From assembly GCF_009914755.1 (NCBI RefSeq), contig NC_060933.1: a DNA stretch of 64,000 bases, one strand, 5' to 3'. Source of the DNA: the human T2T-CHM13v2.0 reference genome, Homo sapiens. The notes beneath the pieces were generated by a model. It saw nothing but the letters and a program-made list of their open reading frames with translations, searched no databases and was not told where the DNA came from. A program made the position numbers and the translations under genes. This document shows positions 62,505 through 64,000 of this stretch, piece by piece (positions within the stretch are counted from its first letter, which is position 1; the number at the start of each line of letters is the position of its first letter).

Positions 62505-64000
62505 TTAGTTCTCTTGATGGTGTCCAATGAACCCCATACACTTTCTTTACTCTTTTTCATTATTTTTTCTTTTTTCTCCTCTGCCTAGATAATTTCAAAT
62601 GGCCTGTCTTTAACTTACAGATACTTTCTTCAGCTTGAGCAAGTCTACTCTTGATGTTCTCTATTGCATTTTTATTTTATTCATTGTATTCTTTAGCTTC
62701 AGAATTTCTGTTAATATTTTTTATGCTTTATGTCCCTTTGTTTACTTCTTGCTTTATTCATGTATTTTTTCTTGATTTTGTTGAGTTGTCTATCTGTGTT
62801 CTCTTGTAGCTCACGGAGTTTCCTTAAAATAATTATTTTGAATAATTTGTCAATTTGTAGTTTTCCATCTTTGGGGTCAGTTACTGGAACCATATTAGTC
62901 TCTTTTGGTGATGCCATATTTGCGTGATTCTTCATGCTCTTTGTAGCCTTGCTACAAATGTCTATGCATTTAAAGGCACAAACACATCTGTTTTACAGAC
63001 TAATTTGGGCAGATAAAGACCTCCTGGGTCTTTACCTTGCTGGGTCCCTGGACTGATAGGTCTGTCTCCAGGATCCCAGATGAGCTGGGCTTGAGCGAGG
63101 TAATTTGGCTGTTTACAATTCCACAGCTGGGTCTGTTGTTGGCAGGAGTGTTACCATAGGTACAGGCAGGCATGGTTCCTATCAGACCCTCAGGTGGACA
63201 GGACTTCCTCTGGAAAATCAGTCCAGTGGGGTTAGAGCCATGTCATAGAGCCACTTCTGTGTCTGTAGTCAAAGCCATAGGCAGCAGGCCTGTTATCAGG
63301 GTGCAGACAGGTGTGACTCTCACTGGGTCTCTGTGTGGGAAGAACAGCCTCCAGGACTGGAGCTGAGTCACAGGGCTGCTTCGGGGTCCACAGTTGGGAC
63401 CTAAGTCAGCAGGCCTACCACTGGGGGCTCAGGTGGCTGTGTCTCCTATCAGTTCCCTGAGTGGACAGGACTGCCTCCAGACCACAGCAGAGACTGGTAC
63501 TGAGTGTCAAGGCCACTACAGGGTTCATGGCCAGAACTGACTTCAGTGTCCACAGCCAAAACTGAGGTTGTTGGTCCTGCTAATAGGAACACAAGTGGGT
63601 GTTACTTGGTCACTGGTCAGGCCGGACTGAGATCAGGGATGGATCTGGGTCACAGGGCCACTTACGGATCCACAGTTGGGTTCATGGCCAGCTGGCCTGT
63701 TATTGGGGACATGAATGGGCATGGCTCCTTCTGGTTCTCTTGGAAGGTGGGCTGCAGGACCACAGCAAAGTAGGGCTGAAGCAGAGTCCTTAGGGGGATG
63801 AGGCTGCTTCAGTCTGCAGCTGGGACCATATATAGCAAGCCAGCTAATGGAGTACAGGTTTGCCTTCTCAAAGGAGCTCTTCTGGGTCTTAGACTTCTCT
63901 GGAGTTTACCTGGATCTCAAAGCTCTCGCAAAGGCACTTTAATCTGTGGATGGCTGCCAGATGATTCTATAGAGGAATGCAAACTGGGGACCACCTATTC

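Overview
Primate (human-like) non-coding DNA, mostly interspersed repeats. I found no supportable host protein-coding exon. Nearly all ORFs in the track are chance read-throughs of Alu, L1, L2 or LTR sequence. Main content, in order: a MER4 LTR plus internal sequence (1-5.8 kb); an ERV-L gag remnant split by an Alu and an L1; several old L1M elements with nested insertions; the 3' half of a HERV-S/HERVL18 provirus (integrase, env, LTR18); a near full-length Tigger1; about 30 Alus; MaLR/MLT2 LTRs; MER DNA transposons; and U6 and Y1 RNA retropseudogenes. Two repeat-poor islands (about 8.6-10.7 kb and 41.8-44.6 kb) may be regulatory. I see no convincing new biological system. The best signals are genome-dynamics events readable in the sequence: a 24-bp spacer inverted between head-to-head Alus (with an un-inverted control pair in the same window), apparent gene conversion between inverted Alus, a trimeric Alu under one TSD pair, tailless U6 and L1-5'UTR insertions, and an internally rearranged L1. 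Repeat family names come from remembered consensus sequences, not from an alignment, so subfamily calls and old-L1 boundaries are approximate.
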